Source: Patescibacteria group bacterium (GTDB taxonomy: Bacteria > Patescibacteriota > Minisyncoccia > Phycocordibacterales > BOKC01). From it: DNA of 64,000 bases. The notes under the pieces are model-generated. The model saw only the letters and a program-made list of their open reading frames with translations. It was not told the DNA's origin and did no database searches. Positions 17,252 to 26,331 of the stretch are shown in pieces. Numbering within the stretch: the stretch's first letter is position 1; the number at the start of each line of letters is the position of its first letter. Location: NCBI GenBank assembly GCA_038062955.1, contig JBBTWE010000001.1:3927-67926 (forward strand), written 5' to 3'. Position numbers and translations under genes: made by a program.

Positions 17252-18730
17252 ATGTTGTTTAATTCGCTACAATTTCTTATTTTCTTTCCGCTTACAACTC
17301 TTGTATATTTCTTGATCCCGCATCCTTTTCGTTGGGGGTGGCTATTGCTTGCAAGCGCTTACTTTTACATGAGTTTTGTACCCGTTTATATTTTGATTCT
17401 TGTGGCAACAATTGTGATTGATTTTTTCTGTGGCATTTTGATAGAAAACGCTAAAGGTCGCTCGAGGAAATTCTTTTTACTAGTGAGTATTTTGGCCAAT
17501 ATTGGTATTCTTTTCTTTTTTAAGTATTTTAATTTTTTCAATGAAAATCTTTTAGCCCTCACCAATTTTTTACATATTGCGTATGATCCTCTTATTTTAA
17601 AAATTGCACTACCCATCGGTCTATCTTTCCATGTGTTTCAGAGTATAAGTTATACAATAGAAGTATACCGTGGCCGACAAAAAGCAGAGCACAATATCGG
17701 TATACTCGCACTATATGTTCTTTTTTATCCGCAACTCGTTGCTGGTCCGATCGAGCGCCCACAACATCTTATCCACCAATTCTATGAACGCCATAAATTT
17801 GAGATTCGTAGGATTTTATCCGGCCTCACCCTGATACTCGGTGGTTTTTTGAAAAAAGTTGTTATTGCTGATCGCCTTGCGCAATTTGTAAATCCTGTTT
17901 TTAGCAATACCACGGACTACTACGGGGTTTCTTTTATGATCGCGATTATATTCTTTACTTTCCAAATCTATTGTGATTTTTCAGGGTACTGTGATATTGC
18001 TGTAGGATCGGCACTCGTGCTTGGAATTAAGATAATGCAGAACTTTGACAGACCATTCTTTGCAAGAACGGTAGCTAAATTTTGGCAACGATGGCATATT
18101 TCCCTCTCAAGTTGGTTAAGAGACTATCTTTATTATCCGATCGTCTTCTTTTTTAAGAAAAAAAATTCATTCAAATTGTATCTATCGTCATTAATCACTT
18201 TTACTTTAATCGGACTTTGGCACGGTGCGAACTGGACATTTATTATTTTTGGAACTCTTCAGGCTGTATATTTGATTGTAGGGCAAACCACAAAAGCATT
18301 TCGCACACAAATAGTGGAATGGTTGGGTATCGTGAAATGGCCAAAATGCTATCATGTTTGGCAATCGATTATGGTATTCGGACTGTTTTCTTTGAGTTTA
18401 GTGTTTTTCAGAGCCGATACACTTTCTGATGTGTTTTATATATTTTCACATATTGGTGATGGATGGTCCTTATTTTTTTCGCAGATAACTGATATACAAT
18501 TTCTTAATCAATACGTTTTTATTGGTTATACGCGAAGCGAATTTTTCCTCGCTGTTTTTTCTGTCTTCATTCTTATTCTATTTGAATTTTTGGAAAGAAA
18601 GGAATGGGTACGGGCGTTTATTACAAGGAGACCTGTCTTCTTTGGTTCGTTTACGTTTGCCTTTGGAGTCTTAACGCTTCTTGTATTCGGAAAATTCTCT
18701 GGTCAAGAATTTATTTACTTTCAATTTTAA
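17252..18730 (+). CDS. MBOAT-family membrane O-acyltransferase (AlgI/DltB/PatA-like)
   Basis: Multi-TM; conserved GLWHGANW histidine block. Confidence 0.8.
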   Translation: MLFNSLQFLIFFPLTTLVYFLIPHPFRWGWLLLASAYFYMSFVPVYILILVATIVIDFFCGILIENAKGRSRKFFLLVSILANIGILFFFKYFNFFNENLLALTNFLHIAYDPLILKIALPIGLSFHVFQSISYTIEVYRGRQKAEHNIGILALYVLFYPQLVAGPIERPQHLIHQFYERHKFEIRRILSGLTLILGGFLKKVVIADRLAQFVNPVFSNTTDYYGVSFMIAIIFFTFQIYCDFSGYCDIAVGSALVLGIKIMQNFDRPFFARTVAKFWQRWHISLSSWLRDYLYYPIVFFFKKKNSFKLYLSSLITFTLIGLWHGANWTFIIFGTLQAVYLIVGQTTKAFRTQIVEWLGIVKWPKCYHVWQSIMVFGLFSLSLVFFRADTLSDVFYIFSHIGDGWSLFFSQITDIQFLNQYVFIGYTRSEFFLAVFSVFILILFEFLERKEWVRAFITRRPVFFGSFTFAFGVLTLLVFGKFSGQEFIYFQF

Positions 18731-18737
18731 TAGCTCT

Positions 18738-19997
18738 ATGGCTTCAAGAACTATATTAATTTCTAAACTGTTCGGTCTTTCTCTCTCTATTACTGGCATC
18801 TTTTTGAACCCTTCTGTCGTGGGGAAGTTGGTAGCGACAGACGGACAGATAGAACAACTTCGATTTCAGATAATCATTATTAGTTTTGAGGCTATTATTT
18901 TTATTTTGGGCATTAGCATTTTTTTGTTTCCTGAATTTTTGGCAAAAAAATGGCGTTCATGCTCACTCGTTGTGTTAGGAATAGCCGTCGCTTTTGTTGT
19001 GATAGAATTTTCTGCCCGTATATTTCTTGATCGACCGGCATTTGGCTGGTACGGCTATCCTTCCGGTCTGTATTTGCCGGACGCAACAAGAGGCTTCCGT
19101 TTTACTCCAAATTTTAAGGGTCATTTCTTGAATCCCCCATATGATACTATTCCCATTAATATTAATAGTCGAGGTCTTCGTGATGTGGAGCATGAGTATG
19201 AGAAACCTAAAGGAGTAATGCGTATTCTAGGTTTAGGAGATTCAGTAATGTTCGGTCCCGGAATCTTATCTGAGGAAACATATCTTTCAAAACTCGAACA
19301 ATTGCTCAAACAGCATGAAATGAATGTCGAAATTATAAAAGCCGGAGTAAATAGTTACTCATTTGACCAAGAGTATATTTATTATCTTGAAGAGGGGTAC
19401 CGTTATGACCCCGATATTGTTATTGTTAATGTTATACATAAAGATATTTTACCGGTAACTCAAGAAAAAATAGCGGATTTATATAAGGAGACCACAAAAG
19501 CACTGACAAACCAAGAAGAAAAAAAAGAAAAACAAGGCAGTATTTTTAAACTCCGTCTCGAATGCCTGTCATGCAATGCCATATACATGCTATTTGATTC
19601 ATTATTCGAGAATTGGAACAAAAGCAGCTTGGGACACGTGGATAATTGGACAGCAGAATGGGAAAATATGGTCAATTGGAAAAAGTATACTGAAAAGATT
19701 ATTAATTTACATAAACGACTCGAGAGTGAGGGACGTCACCTAGTACTTGTTATTTTTCCTTTTACCGAACAATTTAGTGCGGTGAACCGGGGTGAAGTCG
19801 TATTCCAAACGAAACTTACTGACTTTGGGGAAAAAGAAAATATTCTTGTCCTTGATTTGTTGCCCTTGTTGAATGTTTCTTCGTATTATCGATATTATCT
19901 GGGTGGTGACAGTGTACATTTGAATAATCAAGGACATCGATTGGTAGCAGAGGCGCTTAAGACATTTCTTTTAGAGAACGCTGTATTTTTGCGTTAA
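18738..19997 (+). CDS. SGNH/GDSL hydrolase-fold protein, membrane anchored (AlgJ/DltD/PatB-like partner)
   Basis: ILGLGDSVMFG block I, GDSVHLNNQGH DxxH block; start moved to ATG after MBOAT stop. Confidence 0.6.
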   Translation: MASRTILISKLFGLSLSITGIFLNPSVVGKLVATDGQIEQLRFQIIIISFEAIIFILGISIFLFPEFLAKKWRSCSLVVLGIAVAFVVIEFSARIFLDRPAFGWYGYPSGLYLPDATRGFRFTPNFKGHFLNPPYDTIPININSRGLRDVEHEYEKPKGVMRILGLGDSVMFGPGILSEETYLSKLEQLLKQHEMNVEIIKAGVNSYSFDQEYIYYLEEGYRYDPDIVIVNVIHKDILPVTQEKIADLYKETTKALTNQEEKKEKQGSIFKLRLECLSCNAIYMLFDSLFENWNKSSLGHVDNWTAEWENMVNWKKYTEKIINLHKRLESEGRHLVLVIFPFTEQFSAVNRGEVVFQTKLTDFGEKENILVLDLLPLLNVSSYYRYYLGGDSVHLNNQGHRLVAEALKTFLLENAVFLR

Positions 19998-20083
19998 AAT
20001 CGAATTAAATTTTTTTGAAAAAAGAAAAATCTTAAAATCTGGTGTTTTTTAATAAAGGGTATTAAACCCTTTGACCGTCTACA

Positions 20084-20180
20084 GGTGTCGACGCCCAACC
20101 CGTCGACCCCGTCTTCACTCGCGCATCATGGGAGTGAGGTCGATTGGACTAATGATCGACTGCTCGCTAGCCGGAATAAA
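20084..20180. repeat. GC-rich intergenic repeat module (D+C modules of MITE family)
   Basis: ccgtctacaggtgtcgacg resembles 4151-4170; ccgtcttcactcgcgcatcatggga...gctcgctagccggaataaa resembles 10117-10192. Confidence 0.45.
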
Positions 20181-20245
20181 CTTCTTTTTTCTGGAATAGG
20201 TTCTTTATATTCTTACTATACTTTTTAATTTTTCTCTGATAATCT

Positions 20246-21346
20246 TTGATAAATTTCAATATGAAATATAAAAAAACCAAGTACGCTCTTATTGCAGGTG
20301 CCCGTCCGAATTTTGTGAAGATCATGCCTCTTTATCATATGCTCAAAAAAAGGGGAGATAATTTCTTTTTGGTAAATACTGGTCAACATTTTGACAAAAG
20401 CATGTCCGATCAGTTTTTCAAGGAATTTAAACTCAGACCACACTTTTCTCTTAAACCATCGCATGAATCCCTTGCTAGGCAGCTTTCTGATATTGTGCAC
20501 GGTTTAGAAATTATTTTTAGAAAAGAGAAACCTGATGTTATTTTTGTGGTGGGTGATGTTACTTCTACTTTGGCGGGAGCATTGGTTGCCAATAAGCTTG
20601 GTATTTTACTTGTGCATATCGAGGCAGGTCTTCGTTCTCATAATAAATATATGCCGGAAGAAACAAACCGAATAATTGTAGATCATCTTTCCAATATTCG
20701 CTTGGCGTCGGAAGAAACAGCACTTAAAAATCTGGAAGATGAAAGAATCGAACATAACTCTTATTTGGTGGGAAATATTATGATGGATACGCTTTCACAC
20801 TTCTTGCCGATTATTAAAAGTAGTAAGGAAAAATTCTACTTCTGCACCTTACATCGTCCTGAAAATGTAGATAACCCTGAAGTTTTTAAAGATATTATCG
20901 ATGCACTCGAAGAAATATCAAAAGATGCTAAAATTTATTTATCGCTTCATCCAAGAACAAGAAGACGAGCAGAAGAATTTGGTCTTTTAAAAAGAATCGA
21001 GAATATTTTTAAAGTTCTTTCTCCGCTTTCGTATTCTAAAACTCTTTTTTATCAAAAAAATGCTAAACTTGTGCTTACCGATTCAGGTGGAATACAAGAG
21101 GAAGCGAGCTTCATGGGGGTTCCGTGCATTACGCTGCGAACAGAGACCGAAAGACCCATAACTGTTACTCACGGGACTAATATTATAGCTGGAGTGACCA
21201 CTCAATCTATTTTAGATATTTATAAAAAAGTAAAATCAAACGGCTTAGAAAAAAGAAAAACTAAAATTCCACTTTGGGATGGAAAAGCTACGAAAAGAAT
21301 TCTAGACATTATCTCATTACATAATCAAAGAAAGATAAAAAGATGA
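20246..21346 (+). CDS. wecB: UDP-N-acetylglucosamine 2-epimerase (non-hydrolysing)
   Basis: ARPNFVKIMPL, TGQHFD, HIEAGLRS, PEETNR, TDSGGIQEE. Confidence 0.85.
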   Translation: MINFNMKYKKTKYALIAGARPNFVKIMPLYHMLKKRGDNFFLVNTGQHFDKSMSDQFFKEFKLRPHFSLKPSHESLARQLSDIVHGLEIIFRKEKPDVIFVVGDVTSTLAGALVANKLGILLVHIEAGLRSHNKYMPEETNRIIVDHLSNIRLASEETALKNLEDERIEHNSYLVGNIMMDTLSHFLPIIKSSKEKFYFCTLHRPENVDNPEVFKDIIDALEEISKDAKIYLSLHPRTRRRAEEFGLLKRIENIFKVLSPLSYSKTLFYQKNAKLVLTDSGGIQEEASFMGVPCITLRTETERPITVTHGTNIIAGVTTQSILDIYKKVKSNGLEKRKTKIPLWDGKATKRILDIISLHNQRKIKR

Positions 21347-21353
21347 AATACAT

Positions 21354-22598
21354 TCAATCACCTTTCCTTTTGTTACTTTTTTTGTTATGAACTAGATATT
21401 GCATATGGACCAAGAGTTGTTTTACTACATAATCACTTCTATAATTTTTTAGAAAACCAAGATTAGAATTATATTCAATCTTTTTGTTCACTGTCTCTCT
21501 AAGGAAACTTTCAAGCTTATTTATTTCTGAATAATCGAATGATATGAAACCGGCGTTTTGCAAAAATTTTGTAGTAGGACTTCCTTTCGGAGTGATACCT
21601 ATTATGTTCGTACCACTTCCAGCATAATCCACTACTTTTGAGGGGAGAAAAGGACTTTTTTCTAGGTCAGCGTCAATTACAACCAAAAGATCTGAATTAC
21701 TCATTGTCTTAAGGCTTTCTCCGTAACTTACGGGAGGAAGTGTTTCTACTACATTTTCAAGTTGATATTTTTTTACAAGCTCTTTTAGATTGTTCTCAGT
21801 GTAATCAGTGTAACCTAATGTTCCACCAACAAGAGTAATTTTAATTTTAGACAGAGTTAGCGGTTCGATGTCTCGCATCTTTCTTACCGCCATAAAAAGT
21901 GCTTCTGGGGTCCTTTTTTTATAGAAAGCTCCGGTGTGACTAATGGTAAATTTTGTGTTTTCCAGTTCTGTTTTTTTAGGATAATCATTGGAATCAAAAC
22001 AGTGAGGTATAACTACTGCTTTTGATTGCCATCTGTACGGATATTTTTTCATAACAAGGCTCAATGCCTCGTTATTTGTAAATCCTATTTTGTCGCTCCA
22101 CCTTATGACAAATTTTTCAAGAAATTTGGTCTTTAGATTTTGTAGAAAGCTAAATTTATTGTAAGGATTATCACTCCATGGATCACTAAAGTATGAAATA
22201 AAAGGAATTTTTAATTTTTTTCGAATTTTTGCTCCTAAAATATTGCTTGATTGGGGATTGGAAAAGGAAAAAACCACATTGATTTTATGTTTTTTAATGA
22301 TTTTCTCTACTTGTCGCAAAATTTGTTTGTAATAAAGAAATTCTCTTAAGTTCGTTTGAATATTTTTAATTAAAGGAACTTTAAAGAGAATATTTTTTTT
22401 AGAGTAGAAAGGGGAAATAGTATATATGGGCAAATCAATATCCCATTTTCCGCAAGTATCAAAAGTAACAATAATTGGCTCAATTTTTTGCCGAACCATT
22501 TCTTTAACTATTTTACCGATCATGATAGCTCGAGGTCGTAGTATGGGCGGAGTCCAAAAACTCAAGATCAATATTCTTAGGTTATTTGAAGATCCCAT
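21354..22598 (-). CDS. hypothetical protein (possible glycosyltransferase-like)
   Basis: 414-aa ORF co-directional with downstream Capsule_synth gene; no motif confidently recognised. Confidence 0.35.
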   Translation of the reverse strand: MGSSNNLRILILSFWTPPILRPRAIMIGKIVKEMVRQKIEPIIVTFDTCGKWDIDLPIYTISPFYSKKNILFKVPLIKNIQTNLREFLYYKQILRQVEKIIKKHKINVVFSFSNPQSSNILGAKIRKKLKIPFISYFSDPWSDNPYNKFSFLQNLKTKFLEKFVIRWSDKIGFTNNEALSLVMKKYPYRWQSKAVVIPHCFDSNDYPKKTELENTKFTISHTGAFYKKRTPEALFMAVRKMRDIEPLTLSKIKITLVGGTLGYTDYTENNLKELVKKYQLENVVETLPPVSYGESLKTMSNSDLLVVIDADLEKSPFLPSKVVDYAGSGTNIIGITPKGSPTTKFLQNAGFISFDYSEINKLESFLRETVNKKIEYNSNLGFLKNYRSDYVVKQLLVHMQYLVHNKKSNKRKGD

Positions 22599-22600
22599 GT

Positions 22601-24196
22601 TTATCTTTTTACCTCATTGAAATAGACATCGACTAAACGTTCCCTTTCTTTTTCGCTAGCTGTGCTCGACCCGGTCCAGACTCCGGGGAAATCAACTTCA
22701 TATCCGGTGTCATAGGCAGCCGAAACATAATTTAGAAGTTTGGTCTCGTACAATTCAGTATCCAAATTTTCTTGAAGTTTTTTAATAATTATTTTGTCTA
22801 ACGTAGTTAGGTCAGTGTGTCTTGTGACGTTGGGTAATTTAAGGGTTGAACCTAATTCACCAAGCTGTATAGCCGGTTTCTTTAGTATGGCCGCTTCGAA
22901 AATGGTTGTGCCTCCGGGGCTTATTATTAAATCGGCTGATTTCATTATCTCATTTGTGGGGATCCTGTAGTCTACAAGTTTTACGTTGACGGTTCTAGCT
23001 ACTTTCTCTAAATATGAAGGTGTTCTCACTCCTATCATCGCCGGGTGTTCTTTTACTACCAAAGTATAATCTCCTGGGAGAGACATGGCGATAAGACGTG
23101 CTGTTTCGATTTGATTGCTGAAGTACGGGGCTGTTACATCTATTACTGTCTCAGGTTGAACCTGAAGTGGAAAATAAACAAATTTTCCAATTTTACTTAA
23201 ATCATGATATTTAAATTTTTTTGCAAATCGTTTATAACGTTTTTGACATAAGTAATCTCGAATAATGTATTTCGGAGGACGATACCCTGTTGTAATGGGT
23301 ACACTTTCTAGGTAATCCTGTGAACCATTTTTATACCAAAGCAATATGTCTCGAACAGGAGCTAACTCTTTTTTTATTTTTTTTATTCCGGCTAGCGAGA
23401 GGCATCGCGAGAATGTACCCATTCTCATGATGTGCGAGCGAAGACGGATCAAAGGGTTAATACCCTTTATTAAACTGACTCTTTTTGATTCTTTGCTTTC
23501 ATCTGAAACTTTCCCCCCCTTTCTTAGTTGTAGTATATATTCTTTAGCACGTGCATTACTAGGAGATATAACACTACCTTGGTTAAGCTTATCCACCTTA
23601 TTATAGAAACAACCTATATTCTCAAGGTAATTCTCTGCAAAAATATAAATTCCAGCTATTTTTGAATCTGTAAGGGCCGACATTCTTACCCCTCTCTTTT
23701 TTGCATAGAGGTTAAACATAATATGGTGGAGAGAAACAAAATTTGGTGCGATAATCACTTCAGGATTAAATTTTTGAAAGACCTCTTTTATTGATAAATA
23801 TACTGCTTTAATATAGTTTTCAATAACCTCATCGGGAACGGACTTTCTGAAACTGTAATAGTATTTTTCTTGATAAGATCTAGCATACTGTCTGATACTT
23901 GAAGCTAGGGACCAAATAGAATCAATACCTAGATCATCCACTATTTCTTTGATAGAGATTTTTCTATTTCCCAAAAATTTGCTTGGGTTACTTAATATAT
24001 CATCGTGATTAATTATGAGCTCATACCTTACGTCGTTCTGAGCCACTATAAGTTCGTGGACGCTACGTTTAGAAGTAAAAGCTGCTAGTTTGCACCCATC
24101 TTCGAATAATTTTTTTGCTAATGGTCGTCCAATAATTTTACCCCAATTTCTTTGTTGAAATATTAGGACTCGTTTTTCAGATTTCTTTGTTTTCAT
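22601..24196 (-). CDS. Capsule_synth family protein (KpsC/KpsS-like putative retaining beta-ketoaldonic acid transferase)
   Basis: FPLQVQPE and VKEHPA (HP motif) recalled as hallmarks of KpsC/KpsS/LipA family. Confidence 0.55.
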   Translation of the reverse strand: MKTKKSEKRVLIFQQRNWGKIIGRPLAKKLFEDGCKLAAFTSKRSVHELIVAQNDVRYELIINHDDILSNPSKFLGNRKISIKEIVDDLGIDSIWSLASSIRQYARSYQEKYYYSFRKSVPDEVIENYIKAVYLSIKEVFQKFNPEVIIAPNFVSLHHIMFNLYAKKRGVRMSALTDSKIAGIYIFAENYLENIGCFYNKVDKLNQGSVISPSNARAKEYILQLRKGGKVSDESKESKRVSLIKGINPLIRLRSHIMRMGTFSRCLSLAGIKKIKKELAPVRDILLWYKNGSQDYLESVPITTGYRPPKYIIRDYLCQKRYKRFAKKFKYHDLSKIGKFVYFPLQVQPETVIDVTAPYFSNQIETARLIAMSLPGDYTLVVKEHPAMIGVRTPSYLEKVARTVNVKLVDYRIPTNEIMKSADLIISPGGTTIFEAAILKKPAIQLGELGSTLKLPNVTRHTDLTTLDKIIIKKLQENLDTELYETKLLNYVSAAYDTGYEVDFPGVWTGSSTASEKERERLVDVYFNEVKR

Positions 24197-24255
24197 ATTG
24201 TAGTAATTGAATAATATCAGCTAAGAAAAACTAGGTCAACCACTTTTGACCCATG

Positions 24256-24283
24256 TTGACACCTCTTGAACCACTGGTATACT
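24256..24283 (+). promoter_or_regulatory. sigma70-like promoter TTGACA-N16-TATACT, leaderless transcript; upstream palindrome GGTCAAccactTTTGACC
   Basis: -10 ends 8 nt before ATG 24291; inverted repeat 24234-24251 adjoining the -35. Confidence 0.5.
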
Positions 24284-24290
24284 TACGGTT

Positions 24291-24539
24291 ATGCACGACG
24301 AAATAAGACCAAATGCTATATATACAGCGAAGGAAGCGGGGGATGCCCTAAAGGTCAGCCCTAGTACTATTAAGAGAATGCTGAAAAACGGTCTTCTTAA
24401 AGCTAATAAAGTTGGTGGACAATACAGAGTATTGGGAAAAGAAATTTTAAGACTCGTCTCGCCCTCCGTGGAAAAACGCGCTGTCTCGATTTACTTGAAA
24501 TGGAAAAAGAAAATTGTCGAAAAGATTAATAAATGGTAA
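24291..24539 (+). CDS. HTH_17/excisionase-family DNA-binding protein
   Basis: YTAKEAGDALKVSPSTIKRMLKNGLLKANKVGGQYRV helix-turn-helix. Confidence 0.6.
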   Translation: MHDEIRPNAIYTAKEAGDALKVSPSTIKRMLKNGLLKANKVGGQYRVLGKEILRLVSPSVEKRAVSIYLKWKKKIVEKINKW

Positions 24540-26320
24540 GTATGTTCTCCAAATTTAAATTATTTTTACAATTATTCAATAAGGCTTTTGGTGCTTATAA
24601 ATCGCACATATTTTTGCTTACCGCTTTAGGTTTTTTAGGCGGGCTTTTGGGAGGTATTGGAATAAACGTTTTGATTCCAATTTTTTCTTTTTTGGCTGAT
24701 CCATCTGCGGAGGTTGCAGATCCAATTTCTAAATTTATTCGTGCTGGTTTTTTAGCACTTGGGATTGATTTTAGTCTCAAATTTTTACTCATTTTCATTG
24801 TTATTCTTTTTGTTTTGAAGGCAATCATTCTGGTTATTTTTTCTCTTATTACTGTTCGGATTATTGCTGGCTATGAAGAAAAGACTAGAAGTAATTTATT
24901 TCGCACAGTATTTAATTCAAATTGGGGGCATCTATTGAAACAGCGCTTGGGACACTTACAGACAATTCTTATTACAAATATAGAATACAGCCAGAATGTT
25001 TTCTCCCAAATCTCGGGAGTTATTATGACCTCAACTAATCTGGTTATTTATACTCTAATTGCTATTACAATTTCCTGGAAAATCACTCTCATAACTTTTG
25101 GTCTTGGGGGATTTTTGTTTCTTTTTCTGAAGCCTTTGATCAGAAATCTTCGAGAAATGGCCCATGCTCAAGATAAAATAAACCGCGATGTGGCTCACCA
25201 TATAAATGAAAATGTCTTAGGGATAAAGGCCATTAAGGCTTTTTCTGTAAGCGAAATAGTGAGCAACGGAGCAGAAGTGTTTTTTAAAAAATGGAAAAGG
25301 CTTAAAATCCGAGCAAATATTTTTAATAATTTAACCTCAATTTTTATTGAACCCCTATCGGTGGTTTTTATCGCTTTTGTTTTTGCAGTTTCCTATAAAA
25401 CATCAGGATTTAATTTCGCCTCTCTCATCGCAGTCGTCTATTTAATTAAGCAAATTTTTATTTTCTTGAGTCAGTTTCAAACTTTTATCATTGGTTTAAA
25501 TACCACCACGCCTTATCTACGGACATTAGTTGAATACGAAGAACTGGCGGTAAAAGAGCAGGAAAATGAGAGCGGTGTAAAAAAGTTTTTGTTTCAAAAA
25601 GAACTTGCTTTCCAAGATGTTTATTTTTCCTACGAAAGCGGAACGAAAGTTTTGAACAGTGTTAGTTTCGAAATTAAAAAGGGTGAGATGGTGGGTATTA
25701 TTGGCCCGTCGGGTGCCGGCAAAACAACACTTGTAGACTTAATGCTCCGCTTGTTTACTCCAGGAAGTGGAAAAATTTTAGTTGATGGCGCGTCGCTTCA
25801 AGATATAAATTTGAAAGATTGGCGCAAAAATGTTGGATATGTCTCGCAGGAGATTTTTCTCATAAATGATTCGATAAAAAACAATATTAAATTTTATGAT
25901 GATGGAGTAACTGATGCAGATATTGAACGGGCCGCAAAAATGGCAGATATTTATGATTTTGTAATGACACTTCCAGAAGGTTTTAATACTTCTGTTGGAG
26001 AACGCGGTGTTCTTCTTTCGGGCGGACAGAAGCAACGTATTTCAATTGCGAGAGCTCTTGTGAGGAATCCCTCAATTCTAATTTTGGATGAAGCAACAAG
26101 CGCTTTAGATAATGAATCCGAAATAAAAATTCAAGATGTTATTCATAAGCTCAAAGGCAAACTAACGATAGTTGTTATTGCTCACAGACTCTCTACAATA
26201 GAAACTTCAGACAAAATTATCGCTTTGAATAACGGTAAGGTTGAAAAAACAGGTACACCAGCAGAGCTTTTAAAGAACAAGGAATCATACTTTTATAAGG
26301 TTTATAATATACGAAAATAG
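24533..26320 (+). CDS. ABC exporter, fused permease-ATPase (MsbA-like)
   Basis: 6 TM region; GPSGAGKTT Walker A, LSGGQKQRISIARAL signature, ILILDEATSALD Walker B. Confidence 0.85.
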   Translation: MVSMFSKFKLFLQLFNKAFGAYKSHIFLLTALGFLGGLLGGIGINVLIPIFSFLADPSAEVADPISKFIRAGFLALGIDFSLKFLLIFIVILFVLKAIILVIFSLITVRIIAGYEEKTRSNLFRTVFNSNWGHLLKQRLGHLQTILITNIEYSQNVFSQISGVIMTSTNLVIYTLIAITISWKITLITFGLGGFLFLFLKPLIRNLREMAHAQDKINRDVAHHINENVLGIKAIKAFSVSEIVSNGAEVFFKKWKRLKIRANIFNNLTSIFIEPLSVVFIAFVFAVSYKTSGFNFASLIAVVYLIKQIFIFLSQFQTFIIGLNTTTPYLRTLVEYEELAVKEQENESGVKKFLFQKELAFQDVYFSYESGTKVLNSVSFEIKKGEMVGIIGPSGAGKTTLVDLMLRLFTPGSGKILVDGASLQDINLKDWRKNVGYVSQEIFLINDSIKNNIKFYDDGVTDADIERAAKMADIYDFVMTLPEGFNTSVGERGVLLSGGQKQRISIARALVRNPSILILDEATSALDNESEIKIQDVIHKLKGKLTIVVIAHRLSTIETSDKIIALNNGKVEKTGTPAELLKNKESYFYKVYNIRK

Positions 26321-26331
26321 GTTTAAGATTC

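Noticed and set aside
18681-18737. Upstream extension of the SGNH gene (ORF-track start 18681)
   Set aside because: It would overlap 50 nt of the MBOAT gene. The first ATG after the MBOAT stop (18738) is more plausible.
20048-20070. Palindrome aaagggtattaaaccctttg, with a similar one at 23449-23468
   Set aside because: Only two loose copies exist and one is inside a CDS. This is probably coincidental AT-rich symmetry.
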